This document shows positions 9,087 to 19,209 of a stretch of 64,000 bases of DNA, piece by piece. Location: positions 65,035 through 129,034 of IMG/VR virus record IMGVR_UViG_3300033153_006865. One strand, written 5' to 3'. Position 1 is the stretch's first letter. The number at the start of each line of letters is the position of its first letter. The DNA is from a virus. Its lineage: Duplodnaviria > Heunggongvirae > Uroviricota > Caudoviricetes. Under the pieces are notes generated by a model that worked only from the letters and a program-made list of their open reading frames with translations, was not told the origin of the DNA and made no database searches. Both the position numbers and the translations under genes were made by a program.

Positions 9087-12000
9087 TTAACAAGGTTTTT
9101 TTATAAAGTTGATTAAGTCAGATACACCTTTTCCAGCTGTTTTCTTCTTGATATTATCCTCTACTTCTTCTGATTGTACAACTTCCGAAATTGTGGTGTT
9201 CACCTCTGTGAAATCCATTTGTACCTTTGGAGAGTGTAGCGGATCTTTAAGGTTTAAGTCTGTGGTAACGCCAGACTTAATAATAGTTTCTATTGATACA
9301 CTGGGGTCAATCCAAGAATCAAGGCTATTAAAGTAATCAATTGCCCCTAATTGTGCAAGCTTTTCACCAAAAAACTTATCGTTTAGATTTGTTTTCCCAT
9401 ACGCTGCAAAAGAGTTTCCTGATTCCTTAATATCTATACCTCTGAGTGCCATAAACTTATTCAACTCAGCTGCCTTATCCGCAGGAGTGAAGTTCGGGTT
9501 ATTGTAAACGGCACTAAATTTTGAATTGTCAGGAGCTTCCTGAGTAACAACAGTCACTGGATATGCAATTCTAGTTGCACCTTTTTGAATTACAATAAAT
9601 GGATGCTTAGTATTAGTACTGTCCTTCTTTTTATTAGTTATAAAAGTTGTGTCAATACCTTGCTCCTTAGATTGAGTAAATATTTTTCCTTGAGAAATAT
9701 ATCCAATATCTTTTATACTTGAAATATCTTCGGTTGCAATTTGCTTACTCTCAACAGAGACAGTAGCTCCCTCTTTTACGAAATTTAAATTTGGGTGTCC
9801 AACTAAAACTTTCTTTACTTTTACCCCGGTAATATCCAGCTGCTGGTCAATACCTACATCAACTAATTCATCCAAAAGTTGATCATTATTTGCAATCTCA
9901 TTTCTAATTGAGTCAAACTTTGCAGCATCAATACTATTTATGGCAGTTGGTCTGATTCCCTTAAGAACAGCCAAAATATTACCTTGTTTATCCTTTACTC
10001 GAATTACGAGACTTCTTCTCATTTCCTCACGTAACTTCTTGAGTTTCCTAGGTTTGTTTCTGGCATTTTTATATGCTTCAATAAATCCTGCCTCACCTTT
10101 TCGCTCCCTATTCCAGCCATCTTCTGGAGAGACTTCAAGAACCAAATCATCTCCTTTGACTGCATCATATATGGCATCTGGGCTCATTTGTGTCCCAAAA
10201 TCTTCGCTAAAGTCTGTCGTCAATGCCTTGGTTGATAACTCATCTGTCTTTAGTACCACACTATAATTGGAGGGTAGGGATTCATTTGTTGCCAAAATAG
10301 AAATGGGTGAATTCTTATTGATTGTTTCAACATCCTCATCCTTGATGATAGTGTTGCCTTGATCATTGATCGTAATAGGTACTGCAAACCCAATCTGATC
10401 TAAAAGACCTTCAGGTGTTATCCCTGATATCTCTACTGCATCCTCTGTCTTAATAGCAGTTACCCCATGATAAGTTTGTCCATAAGAGTATCTTGCTGTT
10501 CTTGGGGAGTCTGTAAAGCTAATCTGGGATAAAGTCTCTGATGTGGTGGTTGCGCCTACATTTTCTACCTCAGTAATTGGTGTCTCCTCTAATACAATTT
10601 TTTGTCTTACTAAATCACTCATTCTAAGTCCCTCGATTACAGTCCCTGTAAGGTCGGTCCACTGGTCAAGGGTTACCTCTAAATCTTCAAGTTCAAAAAC
10701 TTCCTCCTCGGTAAGATCTGTTATTTCCCTCTTTTTTATTAGGGAGTTCATCCTTTTGTAATCAGCACTTTTAAGTATGGGAATAATTTCACCTTTAGAC
10801 GATGTTATCTCTGACGTTAGCTTCTTTATGGTGAGTTCCCGCTCAATAAATTTTGGATAATTCTCTTGTATTTGTAAATCTTCTGCAGATTCTATCTGCT
10901 CGCCTTTAGTTATCTTATCAACCAACTGTCTGGCTTTCTTGTGGTCCCCTGCTTCCGCCTCTTGCTCAACCTCCTGGGCTTTCGCCTGTTCCAGTTTATC
11001 TTCAAGCCCTTTGACCAGTTCTGGATTTTTATTTATATCTCTTACAGAATCAATTTCCTTACCAACTTTGGTTAGTATATCATTAATTACATCAAGGCTG
11101 GTCAAATCCTTCCCTTCTGGATTTATACGTTGAATCAAAGCCACCGTATCACCCTCTAAAGGATTTTCTCCAGTGGACTTTTGAGAAGTAATAATAGGAG
11201 ACTCATCTTGGATATTTTCTAATTCTTGAACAAGTTTACCATATCCAAGTTGGATTCTTATAATAGATTCCATTCTAAATTTTTCTCTATCAGATAAATC
11301 TTGTGATTCAAACTGAGATTCAATCTGCTCCATTACAGTACCTTCCCCTCTAAACCCTGTTAGTCTTAAGGATTCATCAATTTTTGCCTCATTCTCTTTA
11401 ATGATTTTACGGAAGTCTTCTGACATAACGTACTCCTTTCCAAGTATCATTTTTCTTAGTCCCTTCCCCTCTTTTCCAGAGAAAAAATCTGTTGCGAGCA
11501 TCCTTTGAAACCCTGTGGTCATCTCGTTGTGAGAGTCGGCATTTAATTTATATTGCTCTAAAAGATTTGTGAGTATTTGTGCATCTGCCTGTCTCCCGTT
11601 TCTTTCTAATGAATTAGCAAAATCCTGTATTCTATCAATTCTGTCCAAGGATTCAATTATACCACCAACTGATTCAATAGAGTCCTCACGATCTAACGTC
11701 AAGTTCTGTCCTCTTAAATCATTATCAAACTCTTCAGTTATATCTGCAATCTCCTGATTTAATTCAGCTACTTTTTGATTTGTTCTGACCAGTTTCTCAC
11801 TAGCCCTTTCGTACCTTTTCTGTCTAACCTCTGGTGAAAATTTCCTACCTCCAGTATTTATCCCAGCGACCTCTTGTGCATTCCTTACTGCTTGCTTCTC
11901 AAGGTCACGTAGTGCTCTTTTCTTTCTTCTCAGTCCTTGAGCCTTAGTCTTCTTTTCCTTAGATAGGTTATTATAGTGTTCCAGAAGCCCAAATGATCCC

Positions 12001-13949
12001 GACTCTCCTAGAAGATCATCAATCTGAGTTCCTATATCTTTAGCTGCAACAAGTCCTGCCTTTCCTGCTACGATGTTCATTACTAATGCATCGGCAATCT
12101 GCTGAGTGTTTCCTTTAGAGTCTTTAATATTCTCTAGCCCTAGAGACTCTACCGTTCTAGTTGCAAATTTGTAGTCTTTAAGAGTCGTACTAAACTGCTC
12201 TTTCAAAGCTGATTTATACTCCCTCACTCCCTCAGTACCTCCAAGTACCTCTGCCTGCTCATCTGATATGTCCATACCGTCTATAACAGCCTCAAACCCC
12301 TCAGTAATTTGACCATGGGACTTTATTGATTCATGAGATTTTATAAACTGAACTTGAAATACCGCATCTAAAGCATCTGTAGATCTATTCTCAGATTGCT
12401 CTTGTTCTATGACTCTACCAATATTTGCCTGTGCAGTTGAAGCTTTTGCACGGCGCATTAGATCCGCTGTACCATTGTTCAATACGTCAACTTGGGCTTC
12501 CTTGGTTTTTCTTACTGATGAATAACTCCCTTTTCCAAATCCCGCAGGAAGTTGTCCTGTGAGACTCCCCCCCATAAAACCAATCAACATACCTAATCCA
12601 ATCTCTTTCCAGCCTTCCTTGGTAGTATACTGATCATGGAAGGCTTCTGATAGACTTGCCCACATACCAATAGTATCTTCCTGATCTGGGTTGTACTGTG
12701 CTGCCAGATAGTTTTGCATAGTCTTTCCTGCAACTCCTTGAAGGCCTTCTTCATAAAGGCCCTCCACTGCAGGTTTCCCTAAGATGAAGTATCCATTCCC
12801 TAAAATTTTACTCCTTTTCGAGGCCTGTGTCAATACCGCCTTAGTCCCAATCCCACCTTTGACATTGAGTCCAATCAATCTGTTGCCAAAATTATTAAGT
12901 CTTTTTGCTGTCTGTGTCCCAATATTGAAAGTCTTGCCAAACATTACAGCATTTGATACACTAAGAATAGCCATATTCACCCCATACACATAGTTTGCGC
13001 TAGTGACAGCTTTACCCATGAACTCTTTTGCCTCCTCTGCTGAAGGTGGTCTTCCGTTAAGTTCTTCAAAGCTGCCATAGAAATTATCTACAGCTGTATG
13101 TAAATTATGACGGGCTTCCATTCCAGCTTCAAAGTTTGATGTTCTGACTAAGAATGTTCCAGTCTTAAGAAGATCTCCTCCGGATTTGATAAAATTTGCT
13201 TTTTCTACCCCCCTTAAGAAATTTGCTCCTCCAATAGTCCTCTCACCAACCTCTTTAACCCCCTTCTTAAAAAGTTTTTTTGCACCAAGTTTCAAAGAAA
13301 ATTTTGCAAGACTGCCTCCTACTGTAGCCCCCCCAGTTGCAACACCAAGTAGAAGATCTGGTATAAGGGCTCCTCCTACAAATGCTATTCCTCCCATGAA
13401 ATCATTTGCCCAAAAATTAGCCGTTCCAAGACTTTCAAGAAATCCTGCTGACTTCTGCTCATCTGTATAGTAATTTGGGAGATTGTTGTCTAACTTTGTA
13501 TTATAGTCATCCATCATGTGTGCGAAATCATTATCCCACACATACCTCATATCACCATTTGCAATGCCTTGGACTACACCAATGGCTGTGCCTACTACAG
13601 AATCAAATGCATATCCAAATGTCTTTGCAGCTGCTTTATTAATCCCATGAAAGATCTGCTCATTAGCAGATTGTTGTCTGGCTAACCTGTCCTCATTACC
13701 AGTCTGTCCTAAGAAGTTTTCATACTTAGCCACATAAGATCCATCATGTAGTTGAGTATAGATGGCCCTTGGATCTACATCGAAGTCTTCAAATTTTATT
13801 GTGGGTGCTGTGATTGATTGGTATGCTGCATCAGAGTACGACTGTGCTCCAACCGGCTGTAAATCGGTAGATGATCCTGAAGTGCCATCTGGGTTATGGA
13901 TACGTCTAAGTTCCTCTACAATATCTACTGTATTTTTTACTACTGGCAT
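9087..13949 (-). CDS. Giant virion cargo/ejection protein (1620 aa) with Gly-rich membrane-type segments
   Basis: Hydrophobic stretches FMGGIAFVGGALIPDLLLGVATGGATVGG and IGLGMLIGFMGG; long coiled coils; only Cys is the last residue. Confidence 0.7.
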   Translation of the reverse strand: MPVVKNTVDIVEELRRIHNPDGTSGSSTDLQPVGAQSYSDAAYQSITAPTIKFEDFDVDPRAIYTQLHDGSYVAKYENFLGQTGNEDRLARQQSANEQIFHGINKAAAKTFGYAFDSVVGTAIGVVQGIANGDMRYVWDNDFAHMMDDYNTKLDNNLPNYYTDEQKSAGFLESLGTANFWANDFMGGIAFVGGALIPDLLLGVATGGATVGGSLAKFSLKLGAKKLFKKGVKEVGERTIGGANFLRGVEKANFIKSGGDLLKTGTFLVRTSNFEAGMEARHNLHTAVDNFYGSFEELNGRPPSAEEAKEFMGKAVTSANYVYGVNMAILSVSNAVMFGKTFNIGTQTAKRLNNFGNRLIGLNVKGGIGTKAVLTQASKRSKILGNGYFILGKPAVEGLYEEGLQGVAGKTMQNYLAAQYNPDQEDTIGMWASLSEAFHDQYTTKEGWKEIGLGMLIGFMGGSLTGQLPAGFGKGSYSSVRKTKEAQVDVLNNGTADLMRRAKASTAQANIGRVIEQEQSENRSTDALDAVFQVQFIKSHESIKSHGQITEGFEAVIDGMDISDEQAEVLGGTEGVREYKSALKEQFSTTLKDYKFATRTVESLGLENIKDSKGNTQQIADALVMNIVAGKAGLVAAKDIGTQIDDLLGESGSFGLLEHYNNLSKEKKTKAQGLRRKKRALRDLEKQAVRNAQEVAGINTGGRKFSPEVRQKRYERASEKLVRTNQKVAELNQEIADITEEFDNDLRGQNLTLDREDSIESVGGIIESLDRIDRIQDFANSLERNGRQADAQILTNLLEQYKLNADSHNEMTTGFQRMLATDFFSGKEGKGLRKMILGKEYVMSEDFRKIIKENEAKIDESLRLTGFRGEGTVMEQIESQFESQDLSDREKFRMESIIRIQLGYGKLVQELENIQDESPIITSQKSTGENPLEGDTVALIQRINPEGKDLTSLDVINDILTKVGKEIDSVRDINKNPELVKGLEDKLEQAKAQEVEQEAEAGDHKKARQLVDKITKGEQIESAEDLQIQENYPKFIERELTIKKLTSEITSSKGEIIPILKSADYKRMNSLIKKREITDLTEEEVFELEDLEVTLDQWTDLTGTVIEGLRMSDLVRQKIVLEETPITEVENVGATTTSETLSQISFTDSPRTARYSYGQTYHGVTAIKTEDAVEISGITPEGLLDQIGFAVPITINDQGNTIIKDEDVETINKNSPISILATNESLPSNYSVVLKTDELSTKALTTDFSEDFGTQMSPDAIYDAVKGDDLVLEVSPEDGWNRERKGEAGFIEAYKNARNKPRKLKKLREEMRRSLVIRVKDKQGNILAVLKGIRPTAINSIDAAKFDSIRNEIANNDQLLDELVDVGIDQQLDITGVKVKKVLVGHPNLNFVKEGATVSVESKQIATEDISSIKDIGYISQGKIFTQSKEQGIDTTFITNKKKDSTNTKHPFIVIQKGATRIAYPVTVVTQEAPDNSKFSAVYNNPNFTPADKAAELNKFMALRGIDIKESGNSFAAYGKTNLNDKFFGEKLAQLGAIDYFNSLDSWIDPSVSIETIIKSGVTTDLNLKDPLHSPKVQMDFTEVNTTISEVVQSEEVEDNIKKKTAGKGVSDLINFIKKPC

Positions 13950-13954
13950 GTCGG

Positions 13955-16789
13955 TTATTGGGATTTAGCTTTTTCTTTAAGACCTTGGGTTTTAATACTA
14001 TTAAGATATGATGCAAACGCATTTTCTATAAATATTCTCGGTTCAATAAACATCCTCTCCCTTTCCGCCTCTGTAAACCTGGGCTCTCTTGTGTTATACG
14101 AGAATACCTGTTTATCTCCTAGTTTTATTTGTACAGAATATGTTCCAGAAGTGTTTGGGACCAAGTTGAAGTCGTATTGTCCATCTTCGAAGGCAGCAAG
14201 TGTGCTTTTGTAAGTAGTTGCGTATCCAGGTGTCAACTCCTCGTTTATTGTAGTGTATAAATCTGTTACAACCTCGTCGGTAAATATAGGATTTGGATAA
14301 CTTGCTTTATCATAGTTAAGGGGGTTCTCACTGTCAAAGGTGTGATTCCCCAAAGGGATAGTTTTTGCACTCTCTCCTTGGCTTGCATCATACGGAAATG
14401 TACTGGTGTCAAATCCTCCAACTACTCCAGCCCTCAAAAGTTCTGACTCTGCTGCTGATGTAGTTACGACTCTATATATTGCTGCTCCGGCATTAATTTG
14501 CTTTGTGGTATTTTTAAGTCTGTAGGAAATATTCAACTTTCCAGAATATGTCCCGTCTGAATTATATCTCTTACTGATATTTATAGCATCTTTAAAATCG
14601 GCCTCTAATATTCCAGCCTTTGCTTTTAAGCTTTCGTACCCCTTAGTATCTGGTGTGAACGTGTATTTATAGGAAGATGCTAACTTCTCATCTGTTACTG
14701 CATATACATCAGAGGATATTTTATTTATGTGCTGGAAACCATCTTTCATAACTAAATCTAAACCTAGTTGTTTTTCATCAGATATTGCAGCTTGTATAGC
14801 AGGGTCTATACTACCAAGGTATAAGAATCTCTGAGCTCTGGCAGTTGTTAAATCACTTGTGGTGAATTCATTAAGCCAGAAATCGTCTACAGAATTTACT
14901 GTAGAAAAAGAGTTAGGGAAATGTTCTCCCTCCGAAGCAATAGTTTGGGCATCAATTTTACCTCTGCTACCTGCTCCTAGCTTAGACTTTAACTTATCTA
15001 CATATTGTCGTGTTAACTCTCTATCTGATTCAGATATTGAATCATCAGCAAGAAGGTGTAGTCCTATGTACATCTCCATTGTAAGTTCATCTGCCTCTGA
15101 ATTTAAATCCCTTGTTAGAAGTTCTTTGTAACTGTTTCTTCCACTATTTTGTAACTCTACATATGTCAGCTGCCCATCAATCTCTTCTATCTTAAAATTG
15201 AAATTTGGAACCTCCTCATCAAAGTCTATTCCAGGGTTTACCCCTCTTGCACTTATACTAAGAGAAGTATACATTGTTTCTATCATAGAATGCATCCCAT
15301 CGAATGCCCTCTCTTTAACTGCACTAGTCTTTACAATATTCTCCCGATAATCTTCAAGTGTTTTAAGGTTGTCTAAAACTGAGATTTTCTTTTCTTTCCC
15401 GTCCTTGCCTATTAAAGTTATGTTGGTTCTCCCATTTAAGTTATTCAACTGGTCTAAGAATTCTGGATCCATTAGAGCATCTGGATCAAGGCCTGCGTCT
15501 GTCATTAAAGTCGACACATTTTTTATCATTGCCTTTTCTCTACCTAGGTTTCTCTCAACAAAATTAGATAATTCCCCAACAGTTGGTACTGCTATCTGAG
15601 GCCCCCTTTTAGGATCTAATAGTGCCTTCCCTTCCTCCTCTTTTTGGAATTTAGCTACATCTAATTGAAACTTTCTCTCACTTAAGCTTTCGGACACAAG
15701 ACTCTTTCTTCGACTCTCATTGTAATTCTTTAGTTTCAAATCATAATTGGCATTTGCTACCTGAGTTGCATCCACCTTTGTTTCGATAACTCTAGGGGCA
15801 TATGAATAGGTATCTAAAATATTATTTTTGAATCTTCGATTGTGAAGAGTTGAATATACAGCCTCTCTTCCACTTGTATTATAAAGATTTTCAAAAGAGT
15901 TACTTCTTATGCCATCCCTTTGGTCCCTCCACCCCTCAATAGCTGTATCATACTTTGCCTTTTCTGCATCACTGCTAACCTCGCCCCTAGCTATTTTTAG
16001 TGCGTCGATCATTTCATTGGCTTGGCTAAGTCGAGGCTGATTATAACCATCATACATGTCCTTCAATATCTCATCTGGTAGTTGATCATATATCCCCCAG
16101 GCATCGATGTTCATCTGCCTTTGATCTCCGCTATCAAATAGGAACTCTAAAGCTTGCTCCATCTGCCCTCTGTCAACAGCCTCATTTGTTTCTATAGATC
16201 TGAAATATCCTTGTTGTGGTCCAGTAGATATCCATTTTGCCTTCAGTGACTTTTGAAGATCAGGAAGATTGTCTAATATCTTCTTTCCAAGGTCTCTGTA
16301 CTCAATGACTCCCCCGCCACCCTTATACTTTGACCCGACTTTTTCATCTTTTAACCACGCATTAGATGCTCTATTAGCGTAGGAATGATTTGTTTGGTTG
16401 TATAATGCAGGTTTATCTGTCTTAAGTTTTTCCCATGCAGATTGTTCACTTCTTAATCTCGCTGTTGAGACAATAGCGGTTTGTACATTCTCGTCGACTA
16501 CTTCTGATAACTTTGACACTAACCCATCAGTGAAGTTGCTGTCAGATAAATCTAACGCAGAGTACTTATCAATAATACCTTTTGCAGTTTGGAGCCTATT
16601 CTCAGTGTATTCCTTGTCCTGATCCTTCGCTATATCTATGAATGTGAGACTATCATAAACATTTTGAAGCTTGGCTCTGTTCGCATTAAGTGCCCCCTGC
16701 TTGGCCTGCAAGGCTGTACTGATTAACTGTAAGTTGGGTCTGTATAACTCCTGAGAGTAATTATGTAAAATGGAATATGCTGATGCCAT
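13955..16789 (-). CDS. Virion cargo protein (944 aa)
   Basis: Position in cargo cluster; N-terminal Y-x-P...ALQAKQ helical start; no Cys. Confidence 0.65.
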   Translation of the reverse strand: MASAYSILHNYSQELYRPNLQLISTALQAKQGALNANRAKLQNVYDSLTFIDIAKDQDKEYTENRLQTAKGIIDKYSALDLSDSNFTDGLVSKLSEVVDENVQTAIVSTARLRSEQSAWEKLKTDKPALYNQTNHSYANRASNAWLKDEKVGSKYKGGGGVIEYRDLGKKILDNLPDLQKSLKAKWISTGPQQGYFRSIETNEAVDRGQMEQALEFLFDSGDQRQMNIDAWGIYDQLPDEILKDMYDGYNQPRLSQANEMIDALKIARGEVSSDAEKAKYDTAIEGWRDQRDGIRSNSFENLYNTSGREAVYSTLHNRRFKNNILDTYSYAPRVIETKVDATQVANANYDLKLKNYNESRRKSLVSESLSERKFQLDVAKFQKEEEGKALLDPKRGPQIAVPTVGELSNFVERNLGREKAMIKNVSTLMTDAGLDPDALMDPEFLDQLNNLNGRTNITLIGKDGKEKKISVLDNLKTLEDYRENIVKTSAVKERAFDGMHSMIETMYTSLSISARGVNPGIDFDEEVPNFNFKIEEIDGQLTYVELQNSGRNSYKELLTRDLNSEADELTMEMYIGLHLLADDSISESDRELTRQYVDKLKSKLGAGSRGKIDAQTIASEGEHFPNSFSTVNSVDDFWLNEFTTSDLTTARAQRFLYLGSIDPAIQAAISDEKQLGLDLVMKDGFQHINKISSDVYAVTDEKLASSYKYTFTPDTKGYESLKAKAGILEADFKDAINISKRYNSDGTYSGKLNISYRLKNTTKQINAGAAIYRVVTTSAAESELLRAGVVGGFDTSTFPYDASQGESAKTIPLGNHTFDSENPLNYDKASYPNPIFTDEVVTDLYTTINEELTPGYATTYKSTLAAFEDGQYDFNLVPNTSGTYSVQIKLGDKQVFSYNTREPRFTEAERERMFIEPRIFIENAFASYLNSIKTQGLKEKAKSQ

Positions 16790-16802
16790 AACTATTTGAT
16801 TT

Positions 16803-16874
16803 TCAGTACGTTAGGGAAAAAACATTCAGTTGCTCCTCCAAATTTGTTATTATGTCTGGATTAAATTGTCTCAT
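16803..16874 (-). CDS. Possible small ORF/uORF (23 aa, MRQFNPDIITNLEEQLNVFSLTY)
   Basis: ATG 16874 to TGA 16803, lying between a consensus promoter and the 944-aa gene. Confidence 0.3.
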   Translation of the reverse strand: MRQFNPDIITNLEEQLNVFSLTY

Positions 16875-16889
16875 TATCAATGATGGATA

Positions 16890-16920
16890 CAAACATAGTG
16901 AAATTACTGATGCCTGCAAA
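16890..16920 (-). promoter_or_regulatory. Bacteroidota housekeeping-sigma-type promoter
   Basis: Perfect TTTG-N19-TATGTTTG in the intergenic gap upstream of the 944-aa gene. Confidence 0.75.
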
Positions 16921-16940
16921 ACCAATTGGTAAATATTTGA

Positions 16941-19205
16941 TTAAAACTGTAATCCTGTCCCAACTAAGTTGCTTCTGTCTTTAAGTCTGAACTCTCCCGT
17001 TGGGTCATAATCTACAGTGGCTCCTGAATAACCTAAATCATAATCTGGTGTTAGTGTGTTTAATAAGTTGAGGTCCTGTTGGTTTCTAAAATCTGCTGTA
17101 TTAATTCTTCTCAGCTCATCAAAATATCTCAAATATTCCTCTCGAGTGTTGGCTTTTGCTGTCATCTGCCTCTGCTCGAAGCTGAGTGCGTTACCTAATT
17201 CAGCCTGTTCCTCTCTACCTGATTGTCCTATATTAAATAAACTGGCTGAAGCTTGATTCTGAGCGTTTACCACGTTAGCCTTGTGGATTGAATCATTAAT
17301 ACTCTTTTGGTAATTTGCATGGAGTCCTGCTAATGCTGCTGCCCTCTGTGGGGGTGGTAAATGGTCCATCTGTGCTGATGCAAATCTTAAAGCTTCATCT
17401 GCTTGCTGCTTCTGACTCTCAATTCCGACCCTTACTGGATCTATTCTTTGTAACTTCAGGTCTCCTCTAAGGTGTGCTGCAAGTGGTGATGGAGGTAGTG
17501 GTGTCTGGTCTGGTGCTGCAAATCTTGTTGGTATTTTTTTTCTTGGTAGTTCTGTTATGCTATCAATTATGGGCTCTCCCTCTGGGCCTACAATAACCTC
17601 TTCCTCTTCTAAGGGTTTAATCAACTCTACTGGTGCTGCACCCTCGAAAGAGTTCAGAGTAAAATCTGACCCCTCTCCTTGTAGCTTACTGATCTCATTT
17701 AACCTCCCTATAGACGATTCACCTAATGTCACATCTCCATCATCAACAGCCTTTTTTAACTGGTTTACTGTAAAGATGTTTTTTGCCTCTAAATCTTTTA
17801 ATTCATCTGGGGTTACAATATCAATACCCATGTTAAACCTTCCCGAGGTAAACTGACCTAGTTTACTATCAAGACCTCTGGCGATGCTTTCATCAAAAGT
17901 TTCATTTTTTACAAAGTTTTGTGCCACTTCAATCTGTTCTGGAGAAAAATTGTTCGGGTTATCCATAATAACCTGGGCTGTTGCCTTCATCCGGTCATTA
18001 GCTTTATTTTGAAAATTTTCAACTTGTTTTTGCGTTTTAGAAAAGTCAATATCCTCATTGTACTGAATATTTCCATCCTCGTCAAAAGTTACTCCAAATA
18101 CATCCTCAGCAGCAACTATGTCTGGAAAATTTCTATATAAAGAGGAAAGTACCTGAGGTATATTATCTTTTGTAATCTTTCCAAATCCTTCGGCTGTTCT
18201 TGATTGTTTCTCTCTTTTGAAATCCTCTCTATTTGAGAATTTGTGTTTACCTGTAGTTGTTTTGAACTTTACACCGTCTTTATCCTTACCTTTTGCAGCA
18301 TTCAACTGCTCTTGTATCTTTGTTTCCTCATCTGGGGTAATAGCTCCAGCATTTTTTAATATTTTAAAATCCTCTTCTGTTTTTACCCCTTCCCCTTTAA
18401 TAATCTCTACAAGGAGTAAATTTGCATCTTTTTGAGTTATCTCCCCTGCCGTAAGAGCCTTTTGTATATCCGACTTAGTCTTTGGCTCCCCATGTGTGCC
18501 TCCATTAGGATACTCCTTAGGCATAGCTTTTTTATACTCTACCATATAAAGTCCTTCCTTTTCTGTCAAATTGAACTCTTTTATTAAATCATTGAACTTT
18601 GATTCAGTTATGCCACCTTTTGCAAATATTTGCTCTTTTCTTGCTTTAAGGTCCTCAGCTCCATTCTGACTTGGTTTGTCATTCTCTTGGATAGTGAATA
18701 GTGTATCAAAGAATAGTCCCTTAATTTTTTCCTTTCCTTCTTTAGATTTTTCAACCCCTGAAATTTTTTCTGACAAGTACTGCTTATTAATGTTTAAAGT
18801 ACCTTTGTCATCAGTGCCTTCTAATTGCGTCTTCAACTCTTCGAACAATTCAGACTGCTCATTGTATAATCTCTTCAACCCTATCTTATCCACATACTTA
18901 TCTAATACTTTGGCATATGTATCCTTAGGGGAGACTTTGATATCAAACTCTTTACTAATACTTTTAGCCTGGGATGCGCTTATGGTAAGTTGGTCAGATA
19001 GTATTTTTGTCCCATCTGGTATATTGACATCTACTCCACCTTTCTTATGTGAATTTCCAATAGCCTTTACAGTCTCCTTATCAGGAAATTGTACATACTC
19101 CTTATTCTCTACTTCTGCATTTGCTTCCATAGGAGCCTTATCAGAGAGTCCTTGTAAAAATTCTCCAGTGAGTGTTTTTGATATTGGTGGGCGATTATCT
19201 GGCAT
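16941..19205 (-). CDS. crAss-like cargo protein (754 aa)
   Basis: N-terminal ANAEVENKEY...GNSHKKGGV motif, which I recognise from crAss-like cargo proteins; Gln/Ala-rich helical C-terminus; no Cys. Confidence 0.7.
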   Translation of the reverse strand: MPDNRPPISKTLTGEFLQGLSDKAPMEANAEVENKEYVQFPDKETVKAIGNSHKKGGVDVNIPDGTKILSDQLTISASQAKSISKEFDIKVSPKDTYAKVLDKYVDKIGLKRLYNEQSELFEELKTQLEGTDDKGTLNINKQYLSEKISGVEKSKEGKEKIKGLFFDTLFTIQENDKPSQNGAEDLKARKEQIFAKGGITESKFNDLIKEFNLTEKEGLYMVEYKKAMPKEYPNGGTHGEPKTKSDIQKALTAGEITQKDANLLLVEIIKGEGVKTEEDFKILKNAGAITPDEETKIQEQLNAAKGKDKDGVKFKTTTGKHKFSNREDFKREKQSRTAEGFGKITKDNIPQVLSSLYRNFPDIVAAEDVFGVTFDEDGNIQYNEDIDFSKTQKQVENFQNKANDRMKATAQVIMDNPNNFSPEQIEVAQNFVKNETFDESIARGLDSKLGQFTSGRFNMGIDIVTPDELKDLEAKNIFTVNQLKKAVDDGDVTLGESSIGRLNEISKLQGEGSDFTLNSFEGAAPVELIKPLEEEEVIVGPEGEPIIDSITELPRKKIPTRFAAPDQTPLPPSPLAAHLRGDLKLQRIDPVRVGIESQKQQADEALRFASAQMDHLPPPQRAAALAGLHANYQKSINDSIHKANVVNAQNQASASLFNIGQSGREEQAELGNALSFEQRQMTAKANTREEYLRYFDELRRINTADFRNQQDLNLLNTLTPDYDLGYSGATVDYDPTGEFRLKDRSNLVGTGLQF

Positions 19206-19209
19206 ATTT

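Noticed and set aside
13770-13800. DFDVD in the 1620-aa protein as an RNA polymerase catalytic motif
   Set aside because: It lies about 55 residues from the N-terminus in a low-complexity segment, with no room or context for a double-psi beta-barrel; NFDFDK in the 843-aa protein likewise lacks context.
16803-16830. Additional promoter at AATGTTTTTT just upstream of the 944-aa gene
   Set aside because: The upstream box matches but the sequence 20 nt downstream (AATAGTTA) is not a -7 box.
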